Shown piece by piece: positions 1 to 12,613 of a stretch of 64,000 nucleotides of DNA. Position 1 is the stretch's first letter; every line of letters starts with the position of its first letter. The position numbers and the translations under genes were made by a program. This DNA is from Amphiscolops sp. MND2022 (lineage: Eukaryota), in the NCBI GenBank assembly GCA_964187785.1, contig OZ076414.1, positions 53,382,001-53,446,000 of the forward strand, read 5' to 3'. Under the pieces are notes generated by a model, which worked only from the letters and a program-made list of their open reading frames with translations, did no database searches and was not told the DNA's origin.

Positions 1-468
1 ATCATATTCAGAAAAATGATTGTTATTGTGCAGCGTATTGTTTATATGTTTTATATCTCACAAATTTAATTGGCTTCAAAAATGCAGTACTAAGTTTATG
101 CTACCAGGTATTCATGAATACCAAATGAAGAAAATTAAAACTTTATCAGTTTAATATAAAATTATCTCAGAACAACCCGCCCAGCTTCGCAATCAAAATC
201 ATCCGAATCCACCAAAGTCTAATAAGAACAAATTAACAAAAGATAGGCAAGAATTTATAAACAACATTTCCGCTAGTGGATTTGAACCATTTCATGCATA
301 ATGCGAAGCTGCGCGAAGCTGAGAAAAAAGGATTTTTTTCCTAATAAATGGATCTATCAAACTTTGTAACATATGATAGAAAATAATCTTTTCTTCTAAA
401 TTGCAAAATCTAATAAAGAAATTGTTGAAAATACTCATTCTAAACCACAAAAAACTCTAGAACTTAAA

Positions 469-1440
469 ATGACTAAACAAAAAAATCTTGATCAAACAAG
501 ATCGAACTTGATCGAACAAAAAAGAACAATCTCGTTTGATGTTCCTCTCCATTCAAACAAAAAATGGATAAAGGGAGTAACAAGTTTAGAAGTATACAAC
601 ACTGTATATAACATTACTGAAAAGAATAACAAACTACAAATTCTTCTCAAATATAAACAACTCCATGCACTTGAACTTGACACCGGAGTGGTGCCGAATA
701 TAAAATTATTATTTGAAACTTATGATTTTGAAAACAACAAACTTTACTACGAATTTATAGAAAAAGCTAATATATTTTTAACTACTAGTTATAAAAAAAG
801 TAGAAACTTACAAAAAAAGATTTTGACTGCTGAAAGCAAATAAACAGCAACATTCCCAAAACTGTTCCCAATTTTGAAATTGAGAATGAGTTTTTTGAAA
901 TACAGTTAGTACCAGGTGTATATGAACTGATTGAAATAAATAATGCCATCAAGCAAATAATTAATGATTCGGGTTATGAATTAGTTGATAATTCAAAATT
1001 CAAAAAAGATCTTACAGTTTGTAGTAGTGAATTCAACATAATACCCGACACAATATCAATGAAATCAGTTTTCACAACCTCAAACCCTATCCATTTTAAC
1101 TCCGTACGTAACAAAGTCCTGGGATTAACAAACAAATATTACCAAGCAGGAACTCACACTTCAGAAAAACCAGTCATGATCTCGGTGCAGACAAAGTTCA
1201 TCTGGAGTGCGACTGCGTAGATGGTTCAATTGTTAATGGTGTACGAGAACAATTTTTGTACTCATTTAATTTAAGCGCACCTCCTGGATATAAATTATGA
1301 ACGAACCCATTATTGTATTGTATAAAAAATAAACAAGACACGACTGGACACCATCCAATTTTTCCTAGAACTCCAACCATAACCCAGTCGATTTCAACAG
1401 GGAGACATTAACATTTACAATTCAAATCATCAAGATTTAA
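469..1440 (+). pseudogene. Polinton minor capsid (penton-like) protein, frameshifted
   Basis: N-terminal TSLEVYNTVYNITEKNNK. C-terminal fragments read across frames as CDCVDGSIVNGVREQFLYSFNLSAPPGYK...KINKTRLDTIQFFLE...VDFNRETLTFTIQII, the typical Polinton penton C-terminus. Confidence 0.7.
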
Positions 1441-1449
1441 TTCTATTAA

Positions 1450-1841
1450 ATGAGTTTCAATAAATTTAAAAATGATTCCTATTGTGTTCGTGGAAAACAT
1501 TATTCCGCTATTCCGCTACCACAAATAGTCGTAGAGATATTACTTAAAATAAAAAAAGAGGACTACCCGTAAAATTAATACGTGGTACTTGCACTACTTG
1601 TAAAAGAAATAAGAGTATCTCAGTATCTGATCAAACTATCGCAGCTGAGGGATTAGGTGACTTCTTCAAACATCTTGGCAAAGCTGCAAAACATGTTGGA
1701 AAGAAAATAATCCAGCCCGCGCATTGGAAATAGCGGCAAATAGCAGCAAGTAAAAACCCAAAACTTATTGCTGCAACTGCACTCGAAGTCATTAAATTTA
1801 CACATCAAGGGAAAGACTTATATTTGGGGAAAATTCATTGA
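1450..1841 (+). pseudogene. Polinton small Zn-ribbon/core-like protein, frameshifted
   Basis: Fragments SYCVRGKHYS...GTCTTCKRNKSISVSDQTIAAEGLGDFFKHLGKAAKHVGKK resemble the Cys-rich and EGLG-type small ORF common in Polintons. Confidence 0.5.
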
Positions 1842-1957
1842 ATATATTTAATAAATGTATTCAATCCATAATCGGGATGACTTGGAAAATTTAAAAAATT
1901 TGCACGAAACAAAGAAAGATTAGAAGAGAAACTAGGGAAGCACACTTTCATTACGAT

Positions 1958-2780
1958 TTGGAAGAAACTTTTGAACCCGTTACTGCAAAGCAGGCGGAAC
2001 CTACTGAAAACCAGATACAATTATCAGGAAAGCAAATTCAAGCACTACATGATTCTTCTCAAACAACAAGACAGGCAATCAAAAATCAGACAAGAGCTAT
2101 TAGAGAAGGAATACAAGAAAATAGCGATAAACTGAAAAAATCTATTAATCAAGGAATACAATATGATGATGAAATTTCAAAACGTAATAATCAGCTTCTT
2201 ACGAGTCTTGTTAATTACAACCAAGTTGATTATAGTTTTGTAAAGACAGTTTCCAACCTTCTTAATGACAAAAACTCAAGTCAATTTAGTTTAGAACCAT
2301 TTACACAAGGTATTGGTAATCCGAATTTATCCACAATTAACCCCTCCAATCCACAACATGTAATAATCAAAGGTTCAACGATGACTTTCGAAAATGGTAA
2401 CTCATACAATGTAAATGACCCAGATCTTCAATATTTTATAACTAATACAAAGTTCGACAGAGTAATAAAAAACAAGAACATAATTTATAGTTTCTTAAAT
2501 GATATGAATTATAACATAAATTAAGGGGATAAAAAATCAATCAAATCCTATTTTATTGAAGACTTGTATAATCAATACTATGAACAACTGGGAAGTGGTT
2601 CCGTCTTCCTCCCAACTGATCCAAACGAATTAGTGGATCAATTGAAACTACTTTATTCTGAAAAATAAGGAGGAAATGACAGTTTTCCACTCAAGGAACA
2701 AATCATAGCAAATGTAGATAAACTATTGGAGTATGAATGCATTACGCCTTCCCAACACCAAATATGCGAAGCACTTTTGA
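1958..2780 (+). pseudogene. Polinton conserved coiled-coil protein, disrupted
   Basis: 188-aa ORF followed, after stops, by FLPTDPNELVDQLKLL...GGND...IVDKLLEYECIT-like sequence typical of a Polinton accessory ORF. Confidence 0.5.
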
Positions 2781-3731
2781 TGTTGAAAAAGATCCGTTTG
2801 TGGATTAAAGATCTTGTAATTTGGGTTAAATTCATTACAAATCCTGTACCTACTTCCATTTTTATCTTCTAGCCTGTTTATTATTAAATAGTTATGTTTT
2901 TCTTTCCATGCCTCTCGGCATAACTCCTTGAATTCGTCATAGGACATATCAAAACCTGCTATATCTCTGTATAAATTTTCTACATCTTCCAATGTTTGTT
3001 GAAACAAAATTATTATATTCGAATTGTTTCTATTTTTTTACATCGAAGTAGTTCTGACTTAAATAATAAACATCACACAACTTGTGTCTTCCTCTAGTAA
3101 AAAAATGGATCAATCAATTTCTGATTAGAGTCTAACATATCATCAAATACTACACAACACCCCGGTACATTTCCAAATTCTCCACATTTTCGTCCAATGA
3201 AACATCTTCTAGTAAACCCTCGTATTGTTCCGGACTTCTCGTAATGATACGAATTTGTCTCACTGGGTCTTCCAAACGACATAATTGTAATTTGTTTGTT
3301 TACAAATGAGTCTTACCACAAAATGATGGACCAACTATCAATGATCTAATATTTTCGGAAGCACCACTATTATTTTCGGAAGCATCTTCGGAAGCACCAT
3401 CATTATTTTGCTGCTGATTATAATGATGCTTCTCAATATACTGATTATATTGCTGCTGATTATAATGCTGCTGATTATAATGCTGCTGATTATTATGTTG
3501 TATATGCTGCTTCTTGATATGAGACCTTAAATAACTCTTATTTAATTCCTTATTACAAAATTCACACCTTACCTTTTCATTGAAACACTCTTTACAAATT
3601 TTATACATTTTACCATTTTTATATGAATAAAAATCTGTCCAGTCCTTGTTACAGTCCGCACATCTTTTTGTATTACTACAAGCATCACACAGTGATTTTT
3701 CACTACTTTCATTACAAATTAAACACTTCAT
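2723..3731 (-). pseudogene. Polinton packaging ATPase (FtsK/HerA-like) with Cys-rich N-terminus, frameshifted
   Basis: Walker A GPSFCGKT at the end of ORF 3300-3731, Walker B VVFDDML in 3094-3282, and C-terminal MSYDEFKELCREAW in 2723-3007. N-terminal CxxC motifs and a 15-bp QQHYN-coding tandem repeat. Confidence 0.75.
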
Positions 3732-3744
3732 TTATTCAGTAAAT

Positions 3745-4040
3745 TTTTCTCTAAGAATCACTGAGAATCACTAGGAATCACTAAGAATGACTAAGCAAAG
3801 AAACACTAAGAATCACTAATTTTCTCTAAGAATCACTAAGCATCAACAAGCAAGGAATCTCTGAGAATCACTAATTTTCTCTAATTACTCTAAAAGTATT
3901 TCAGAGGAGTGCAGAGTAATTTGCTTATAGAAAATGAATGCTCTTAGAGAAAATTAGAGATCACTACAAGGCTTAGTGAATAATCACTAGCTACTGAGAA
4001 ATCACAAATTACTCTGAGAAATCACTAATTTTCTCTAAGA
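3745..4040. repeat. 10-bp minisatellite (CTAAGAATCA-like) inside the Polinton remnant
   Basis: ctaagaatca ctgagaatca ctaggaatca ctaagaatga ctaag... repeated with decay. Confidence 0.8.
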
Positions 4041-4518
4041 AATCAAACTCAATATGCGAACCCAGTGAAGCTGTATTTCACCTTTTTTGCTGTAATTGAT
4101 TGCATGATCATATATAATTTTCTTAAAGTCCTTTTTTACTGAATCACTTATCAGTGGTTGTTGCATACGCTCAACGTAATTGTCTTTTTTGGATTCATTC
4201 ACTTTTATTTTATTTTGTTTACAATACTCCACATAATAAAAAGCTACGTTGTATGGTGTTATTTCAATTGTCTGGTCAGACATCTCCTCCAAAAACACCT
4301 TGAGTTTGTTGTATTCCTCACCACTAAAAAATTAACCTTCATAAGCAATGTAATCTTCTGGACTGCACATGCTGCGCTTACTAGAATCATAAATTAGATT
4401 GTACTTGTAGTTTAGTATTCTGTACTTCTGACTACGGGTGTCAAATTCAAATATACCAGCTTCTAACTGATCACGGTGGTGTGTTTCCACCTTAATTCTT
4501 TAGTCGCATATGTTTGTA

Positions 4519-4900
4519 TTATGGTTTCAAAAAGTTATTTGGGTTATTAATTGTTATAAAGATCTTCTCAGTGTGACAATTCTCTCTCACTATTGGGAGA
4601 ACATCCTTTGCATAGTGAGCTAAATATATCACCTGGATGTTATGATGTCTACCAAACCGCAATAAGTCTTCTACTTTTGTTTTAAGACTTTTGTATGCAC
4701 ATGCATCGTCTAAAATTACCGTTTTATTAGCAAGTGATTCAATACCTATTTTTTCTAACTCTTGCAGTGGAATAAAGTTATCTTCATGAAACTCAGTACT
4801 GTCTCGTGCAAACACTATAAAATCTGATTTAGTTTGATCTTGGTAGTACTTTAAAAAAGATGTCTTCCCGACCCACTACTTCCAAAAAGTAAAAAGTGAC
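4519..4900 (-). pseudogene. Second Polinton packaging-ATPase-like gene, frameshifted
   Basis: Walker B VILDD and FGRHHNIQVIYLAH (cf. GRH motif) in ORF 4519-4815; a frameshifted Walker A LFGSSGSG(K) upstream at about 4870-4895. Confidence 0.7.
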
Positions 4901-5439
4901 AATTGGTATTATTTACTGCAGAAGTCAGTTCTTCTTCTTCTCGGTTTGTCAGATGAGAATACTTAAACCCTTGAAATTGTATTAGTTTTTAATTAAGTTC
5001 TTTATACCAATTAGAACGAACGTATTAGCAATATATTATAAATGCATTAAGTACAAATAAAATTAGAAATTCAATGAACATTGGATTCATAAACATTGAT
5101 TTCGCGCAGCTTCGCGCACAGCTTCGCGCGCTGCTTCTCACCTTCCGAGTACCTTCGTACTTCCCGTTTCAACAGTGCCTTTGGCAGTAGTAAGTGTATT
5201 CGAACAATAAACATTATTCATTTAATTAGAAAAAAATGTTATACAATCTATAATAAATGAATATGAACCAAAAGGAAAAGGAAATTGCTAAAGAAAGAAT
5301 CTCTACTGTAATTAGGAAGTTTCAAAGAATTCAAACACAAACTCACCATAAAATTGAATGTTGGAGTATCGATTAAATTGATCGCTCAAGTTTAGCAAAG
5401 TACAACAAAGACTAAGTTTATTTTCACAAAAACTGACAA

Positions 5440-6090
5440 CCATACTAAATATGAATGGGCGATACCTCCTAAAGATAAATCAGGAAAAAGTACAACAACT
5501 GCATTCAAGAAACTCATTGAAAAAGGGATGAGAAAACCACAAAACGTGTGGAGTGATAGAGGTAGAGAGTTTTACAACACAGCATTTTTAAATTTCCTAA
5601 AAGAGCAAAACATTCAAATTCATTCAACCAATTCAGATTTGAAGGCTGTTTTTGTTGAACGCTTCAAAAGATTACATCTGGACTTATTGAAAAAACCAAT
5701 GTACATTGAAGGTAAAGGTAACTGGTTGAATCACATTAATAATGCTTTGGATAAGAATAATAAGGGTGTCTATGGTACAACAAAATAGACACCATTTGAA
5801 ATGAGTTTCAACACAGCAATACCCAATCTGATACCAACTCCCAAATTTCCTAAATTCCCCAAATTCCCCAAGTTCCAAGTGGGGGATTTTGTAAGAGTTC
5901 CTGATAAACGCAGTGTGTATCGTAAAGCGTGAAGAACAAATTGGAATAGAGAACTTTTCAAAATGCAAAAATTTAATTCAACTAACCCAGTAACATACAC
6001 TTTGGAAGATGAAAACAAAAAAATTATTCAAGGAAAACACTGTGAACAAGGACTTTTAAGATCTGCTTTCAATTTTGAATCTAACAACAA
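5440..6090 (+). pseudogene. Polinton retroviral-type (DDE) integrase, frameshifted
   Basis: AIPLKDKSGK..., KPQNVWSDRGREFYN, KAVFVERF; C-terminal KFQVGDFVRVPDKR...NWNRELFK...YTLEDE. Confidence 0.85.
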
Positions 6091-6125
6091 AACGTTAGAA
6101 ATTATGAAGATCTTCCAAAAAGATG

Positions 6126-6818
6126 AGTAATTTTCCAATAATTTTTTAACAATGAATTCTATACCGACAGATTCAATGTTTTCCTTAAAAAGTAAGACAT
6201 TCTTGAGAAACCTATTCAATAAATTGATTTTATAAAGTATGTTTTTATAATGCCAAGAAAAGATGCATATGTTTACAAAACTCATACATCTCAGTAGAAT
6301 TTAAAGTACTTAAAAATGATGATACAAGATATGCCGACGGTGATGAAATAAGTTTGGTTAACTTTGGGCCCGTTGCTTTATTTAGTGAAGCTAAACTTGT
6401 AACAAGTTCGGGGAAACACCTGGAAAAAGTTGACAATTTGCACCCAAATTTTATAATGTATAAACTTTAAACAAGTACTCAACAAACAAGTCAATTGATG
6501 TATGGGTTTGAAGAACCAGTCACTATCAGAAGACAAGAACTAACAAACCACCAAACAGAAAAAGGAACCTTTTTTGTGAGAATAAAACTAAAAGGCTTGT
6601 TGGATTTGCTGATCAAGAAAAATACCTTATGGGTTGGGCTACACTCTTACTTTAAAACGTAACAACAACAATGACCCCATATTCGTACTGCAGCAGCGGA
6701 TGCTGCAAAAATAGTTGTAAAAGACATTTCTTGGTATATTCCACACTATGTACCAAACTTAGAAAAAAACAACAACTTGTCCTTAATCAATTATTAAATA
6801 AAGACCCAACTGAGTTGT
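6126..6818 (+). pseudogene. Polinton major capsid protein, frameshifted and 3'-truncated
   Basis: Plus-strand fragments DGDEISLVNFGPVALFSEAKLVTSSGKHLEKVDNLH, QLMYGFEE, GLGYTLTLKR and KDISWYIPH resemble Polinton double-jelly-roll capsids. Confidence 0.7.
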
Positions 6819-9161
6819 CTGGACCAAAAAACATGTCCAAATTCTTTGAATGCATAATAGATCGCTAAGAATTCTTCGGCAAATATTGACATTTTGAGTT
6901 GCGACGGCGTAAAGGTCTTTCAGCCATATGCGATCGGAGCATATGATTTTTTGACAGATGAATATTTTTGGTTTGGGTCGTCCTCTGTGAGTATGGCATA
7001 GCCAGCCGCTGTGAAGCTAGCATCAGTCATGAGGACTAGTCGTGTTTGGCAGTGGTTGTTTAAGGGCCAATTGACTACACTTGTCAAGGTCTCGGTTGAT
7101 TTCGTAAATTGTTGTACTAGCTCTGTGGTCACTAAGACCTTTTCGTCCTTTTTGAGGAGCTGAAAGAAGGGGGCTAGTTTTTCATATAGCCTTGGGATGT
7201 AGTTCCTGTAATAGTTCAGGAATCCAAGGTATCGTTGTAGTGCTTTCTTGGATTTTGGGAATTTGGTTTGTTCGAGGAAGTTTGTTACTCTTTCCTTTTG
7301 TGGTTTGACGCCCTCAGGGGTGATTGTTCTCACTAGAAAGTCCATTTCCGTTGCCCCAAAGTGGCATTTGTGCATTGTTAGCTTGAGGCCTGCATGTCTG
7401 ATGCATTCAAACGTTGCTCTCAAATTTTTGATAGGATGATCAGCGTCATTGGCAGCTATGAAAAATATATGAAAAAGCTGATAACGATCAGCTAAGGCCC
7501 TGAGCTAGTCTTCTGTGAGCAAAAGTGCGGCTTGCAAAGTTGAACGCAAGCATCTCAATGGACCTTTGGTCCTCCATTGGAAGGCAATGGTACGCATGTG
7601 AACAATCAAGTTTCCAGAATAATTTCTTGCCCGGCATATGTTGTGCGGCGTCCGTTAAAGTGCTAACTGGATGATTAATATTTATATAGTCATCTGAAAT
7701 AAGGATATTGATTTTACTTATATCGACGAAAAGTCTGTTTTCCATTCGGCTTTTTCTGTGCAAATATGGGACTAGCATATTTAGAGAATGGCAGTGTACT
7801 TATGATGCCATATTTGTGTAAAAGGGCCAGTTCGACGAGGATGTCCTCTTTTAAATTGACTGGAGTAGACTTTGGCTATATGCAGGCGAATCGACTTTAG
7901 GAGTTAGTTTGACTGTGAATTCTTTCATCCCTATGTCAAATCTGTGTCTGGCGAATATATCGTGATATTCTACTAGGAGCGATTCGATCTTTTCGATTTC
8001 GTGCTGTTGTAGCATCGAGTCTTTCCAGTCAAAGTTGTTAAGGAATTTACGTCGTGACTCCTCATCATTTTGAGGGTTTAGTTGCTCGGCCTCTTGGAGG
8101 TTGCGTTATCCTTGTAGAATTCGTCTCTGGATAGGAGTATGGGAATCTTCATCCCCTGGATTTTCCGGTGTTGTAAACCAGTACTGTTCATATTGGTCGT
8201 TGTTTCGGTTAGCCTTGAGTAGACTACTGACATAGTAGATCGCATCTTCTTCATTTTCGTTGAGAAGATGCCAAGTGGACACCGGATCTATTGGTTTAAC
8301 GTGTTTCATCTGTTCCGGTGTTAGTACTGAGAAGTTTGCTATGTGTAGTCCCCTTTTAAGATTGTAAGGTTGATCTGAAAAAGTTTTGCAATGGACATTA
8401 ACGGTTCCATTAGTCAATGTGACTATTGCGGCGCAAAATGTGATATCGTCCTCCTCATGGAGGAGATCACTGGGTTGTAACACTCCTGTGACCGTATTTT
8501 CATTGTAGATCTGTGATTTGATTTCTACCAGAGAGCGGTCATTGGGTGGTATTGTGACATCATCTGGGTTAAGAATAGGTTCCAAGACGTTAGAGTATTT
8601 ATGGTCAGCCGTTTTGAGTTGCATTGAGAAATAGGGGAAATTAAGGATGCCTTGTCGCATGTCCAGGACTGTGTGATTCCTTTGAAGGAACATTAGTCCT
8701 ATGATGGGGCCAGTCAGTTTTTCCATTACTATAAAATTTTCATGGAATGCAAAATCTCCCACCTCGAACTTGAGTTCAACAGTGCTCTTTGGGGTTTCCA
8801 ATTGTCCATTTGCGACCATAATTTGAAATGTAGGAGCAGGTCCCTCTTTGACAATGGATTGAGGCGCCGATAGGCGTATTTTTCTGAGGTCTGCTTCTGG
8901 AATTGCACTAGATAAGGCTCCAGAGTCTATGAGGCCGTCTATGGTTAGTTCCCCAAAGTCCATCGGGAAATATAGCATCCGTTTTTTGTATTTGGGTCCG
9001 AGGTTTGTGGATAAGGGTATGTACGCTGGTTCTTCTTTAGTTATTAGGACATGTAAGAAAGCTGCTTCGTCCAATAGACCTGGTTCGGACTGTTGTCCGT
9101 TTTCATTGATTGGATCCTCCATCTCCTGCTCATTGGTGATTTCAGAGTTAGGCTGCCACAA
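6819..9161 (-). pseudogene. Gypsy pol: aspartic protease, dUTPase-like linker, RT and partial RNase H
   Basis: Protease LIDSGA; RT KLDCSHAYH...RRLAQGLS, with the YxDD segment deleted near 7460-7490; LQRYLGFLNYYR; RNase H LMTDASFTAAGY, ending at EFLAIYYAFKEFGH near 6820. Confidence 0.9.
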
Positions 9162-9587
9162 TTCGATGAAAGCCTTTTTTAGATTTTTATCTAGGACTTC
9201 GGGGTCATCCTCGTCGTCTGTTAGTGGATAATCGTCACATTTGAATTGCAGTTTCGTTGGTCATGGAGGGAATTGTCCCAGTATCGATCGACTCCATATT
9301 CAGGATCAATATAGTGAGGGTCATAATCTTCGATTTGTTGAAGTGGCCTGAATGGTGTTTCAATAGCTGTAGTATGGTCTATGTCATAGTATCTGTCTGG
9401 GCGGTCGTTATGGACCATTTTGTACGTTTTAATGAAAGCTTTCTCCATCTGTTGCTGCCAGACAACTGATGGTGTTCTCTTGATGTCACTCTGTGATTGC
9501 TTGTAGGTGATGTTAGCTGGGTCCGATATAACATATCTGGCAGAAATTTGGAGTCGTGGCGAAATTAGTTTTTCGAATCAGGCTGTT

Positions 9588-11265
9588 TTAAATTGTATTG
9601 GCCTGATGTAGATGTTGTGGGTTTTTCGTTTTTGGTGCGGGTGTCTTCGTCTTCAGAGGGCTCCGTATCTCTGGAGTCCTTTGTATCCGTTTTGGACGAA
9701 GGTGGGCACCGGCACCACGCCAACATTTCTCTGCTGGGTGATTAGTTTTGCTGCAGGTGGGACATTCTGGATAAGTTGGGCGTTGAGGCTTCTTGCCGTT
9801 TTTGGCCTCTAATTCCTTTTTCTTTTTCAGTTTTGGGCAATTTTTCCAGAAATGGTCGTCAGCCTTGCAGTATGAGCATTGATTATTTTGGTTGGTATCA
9901 ATGCCAGTGGATAAAAGGTTCTTCGTTTTGCCTGACGATGACGCCATTGTGGCTATGGCTAGGTCGTCAGATTCTTCTAAGGCGTTCAATTCGAGCTCTC
10001 TTTCCAAATGAGCCACAATCTCCTCATACGTCCCGTTTTCTAGTCGGGCCATATTCACTGATCTTTTGAGTTTTGGGGGCAACTTTACATATAAGAGGCT
10101 ACCGATCATGCTCTTGGCGTTTTCCCCGAAGGCTTTCTCGGCACCCTGGTTGAGTTCTTCGAGAGTGTCAGGTAATTTCATTGTGTTGGGGTCGAAAATG
10201 AGTCTGTGCCACTTGTGTTTGGCTGTGGCTTGGGACTCGGGTTTAACGTACTTGCGGCGAAAAATGACAAGTACGTCTTCCAGTGTTTGACGGTTTGTAG
10301 AGGTTATATTTCGGAAGGTTTGCAGGGCTCCTTTTCGGAGCAGTGAATGAAAGTGGTTTATTTTCATTTGTTCAGTCATAGCGGGCGGCATCTTTATCAT
10401 TGTATGAAATAAATCCTCAAATAATTCAAATTTCTCTGTTTTGCAGTCAAATGTCATGGGGTTCGTAGTGACTGGTCTAATTGTCATTGTCTGTGGTTTG
10501 TTCTGGAGATTTACCAGGACATCAGCCAGTCGGTTGATGGGGTCTTGTGGCTGTTCGGCTGTAACAGGCTCCGCCACTGGTAGAGTTGTATCCAGAGTTG
10601 TATCATGCGCGGATTCTTGTCTCTGAAGGTCTGGGTGGGAGTGAATTCGTCCTGTGAGGAATTCAGGAATCGGCTGTTGGAGTTCGTTAGCTCCTGTCAC
10701 CATGTAAGGAACATTGTCCGTGTGGTCCCTCAGATCACAAACGGACCTTGAGTCCTTCTTTGTAAATTTCGTATTTGCGTTCTTCCATACATTCCCAATT
10801 CCGTCCTCATTTGTGGACGTACACGGCTCAACGCCATGTTGACTAAAAAGGCAAATTTTCCACCATGTTTTGTATTTCTGGGATAATTCTCTCACTTATG
10901 GCTGAACAAATGGCCCTACTAATCTGTGATTGCATTAGGTCCATCATGGCTTCCATTTCACGTGACATCTTAGCATTCATCTCTCCAGACAACATGTTAA
11001 TTGACTCTATTGGTCTACTTTCTCTAACAGGCTCATTTCTGCTATCAATGTCTCTGATCTCATTCTCTTGAGATGAATTTTCTCTGTTAGGAAAGGATTG
11101 AAAGTCTTGCTGTCTTTCAGGGACATTATTTAGGCTATCTAGTTCTCTCTCTATCGAGTTTGAATTTCCTTCACCTAGCATTACGTCCATGTTGCCGTAG
11201 TCGGACAACATATCTAATTCTCTCGATTTCCTGGCTTTTGCCTTTTGTTTCCTTGTGGAGGGCAT
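9588..11265 (-). pseudogene. Gypsy gag, frameshifted (ORFs 10843-11265 and 9588-10895)
   Basis: Two zinc knuckles, CSYCKADDHFWKNC and CPTCSKTNHPAEKC; capsid-like FELFEDLF...QMKINHFHSLLRKGALQTF. Confidence 0.85.
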
Positions 11266-12134
11266 TGAAAATGATTATCCAGGAGTAAATACTTGATTTA
11301 TTTCTGTGGACAATAATAACTAAGTTTCACAGTGAATCTTGTACAGTATGTATAAGAGTAACTGAACAGTAACCGTATTATTAAGACAATTCTTGTGTCA
11401 GGGTCAAGCTGGGCATATTTATACTCAAATTACCATGACACCCATAATTTTAACGGTCATGTTACTAAAAATAACTTACAAGTTATAAATATAACACGTC
11501 ACCGCTAAAAATAGCATCGTTACGTCACTAGGGTCATATAAAGGCGGGCAGATCAAAGTGCCCTATTAGGCCATGTGACGAATAGATTATGATATTCATA
11601 TGCAACGCAATATATGTAAACACTTTCACATGTAAATAGAATTCATGTAAAACACAACTGGCGAGTAGCTGAAAAGGACTTATAGTCCCTTTCTAACACT
11701 GTAAAGCAACAATACATTTGAACATGCACATGAAGGCCCCGTACGGCTATTGCCCGTTGGGGTTCTCTAATTCGGTCCCAATCATAATATGGAAAGCAAC
11801 ACTACATGTTAGCAATATATATGTTTGGACATTGCATGGGGAGGTTACTTGCGTCTTTCAATCACTAATTAAATGAAAGACCAATTTCATGTGATAATTA
11901 CACAGCGTTTGAGTGCTTATCGTGTCAACCGGCCATGATAGGTCTTATTTACTGTATAGCACCAAGACAATTAATACAGTGATTAGGGACAGCTATGTCA
12001 CATAGCCGCTTTCGTCCTATTTGTAATTACTGAATATTATTCAAGTATAGCATCAAAGCACAATAAGGCCGGCAATGTTAATTGGCCGTATCGGTCGATT
12101 CTAGATAGCTATTAGCGCAGTTACGTAATAAGTA

Positions 12135-12613
12135 AAAATAGGCCCCTCCGGGGCTCAGTACTATTTCTGCTTTAATCTTTATTTTTTTAAAACAAAAAAT
12201 CATTAATAAAAGAATCATATCTGGAATACCAATACACTCCTGTTTAATCATTACTTAGAGCACAACTAATCACTGTACAAGTTTACACCGCCTTTAATTC
12301 TTCTCGGACTAAAGAAAATATAACTAAGCGTAGACGAAGTTTCGCATTCGCATTTGAATGCAGGCGAAGCTCTCAACGAACGAATAATTAACACTCATTC
12401 GCTTCATCTCAATGACGTCAGCATACGAATGGATAATTACCACTCGCTCGTTCTATCGCACTAGAATTGAATTGTTGTCGGCAGCTTTCCCACGCTTACA
12501 CTCACTGCCGAACAAAATATCTGAATTATTCAGTAGGACGAAATTTGACGACTGAAAAAAAAAGGACCAACTTTGAGGTTACAATAACATTCCTGCTAAA
12601 GCAGAAATATTAA
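12135..12613 (-). mobile_element. Helentron-type non-autonomous element (HINE/DINE-1-like), copy 1
   Basis: 13-bp subterminal inverted repeats TATTTCTGCTTTA (12162-12174) and TAAAGCAGAAATA (12597-12609), terminal GC hairpin GCCCC-TCC-GGGGC (12142-12154), T/A-rich ends; near-identical to 14131-14610. Confidence 0.7.

Larger units (their letters stand above)
1..6818. mobile_element. Degenerate Polinton/Maverick remnant (different family from the 25-43 kb element); left end lies outside the window
   Basis: Cluster of frameshifted ORF fragments with penton-like, ATPase, integrase and major-capsid-like motifs on both strands; no TIR seen; ends abruptly at a junction with Gypsy RNase H sequence near 6818. 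Confidence 0.8.
6819..11265 (-). mobile_element. Ty3/Gypsy LTR retrotransposon, degenerate and 3'-truncated (no integrase or 3' LTR); 5' LTR not delimited
   Basis: Gene order gag (CCHC knuckles) - protease - RT - RNase H on the minus strand, with multiple stops and frameshifts. Confidence 0.92.

Noticed and set aside
3745-4040. CRISPR-like array
   Set aside because: Head-to-tail 10-bp minisatellite without unique spacers, in a eukaryotic context.
11266-12134. 5' LTR and PBS of the left Gypsy element
   Set aside because: No second LTR is available for comparison and no convincing tRNA-complementary PBS was recognised, so boundaries were not called.
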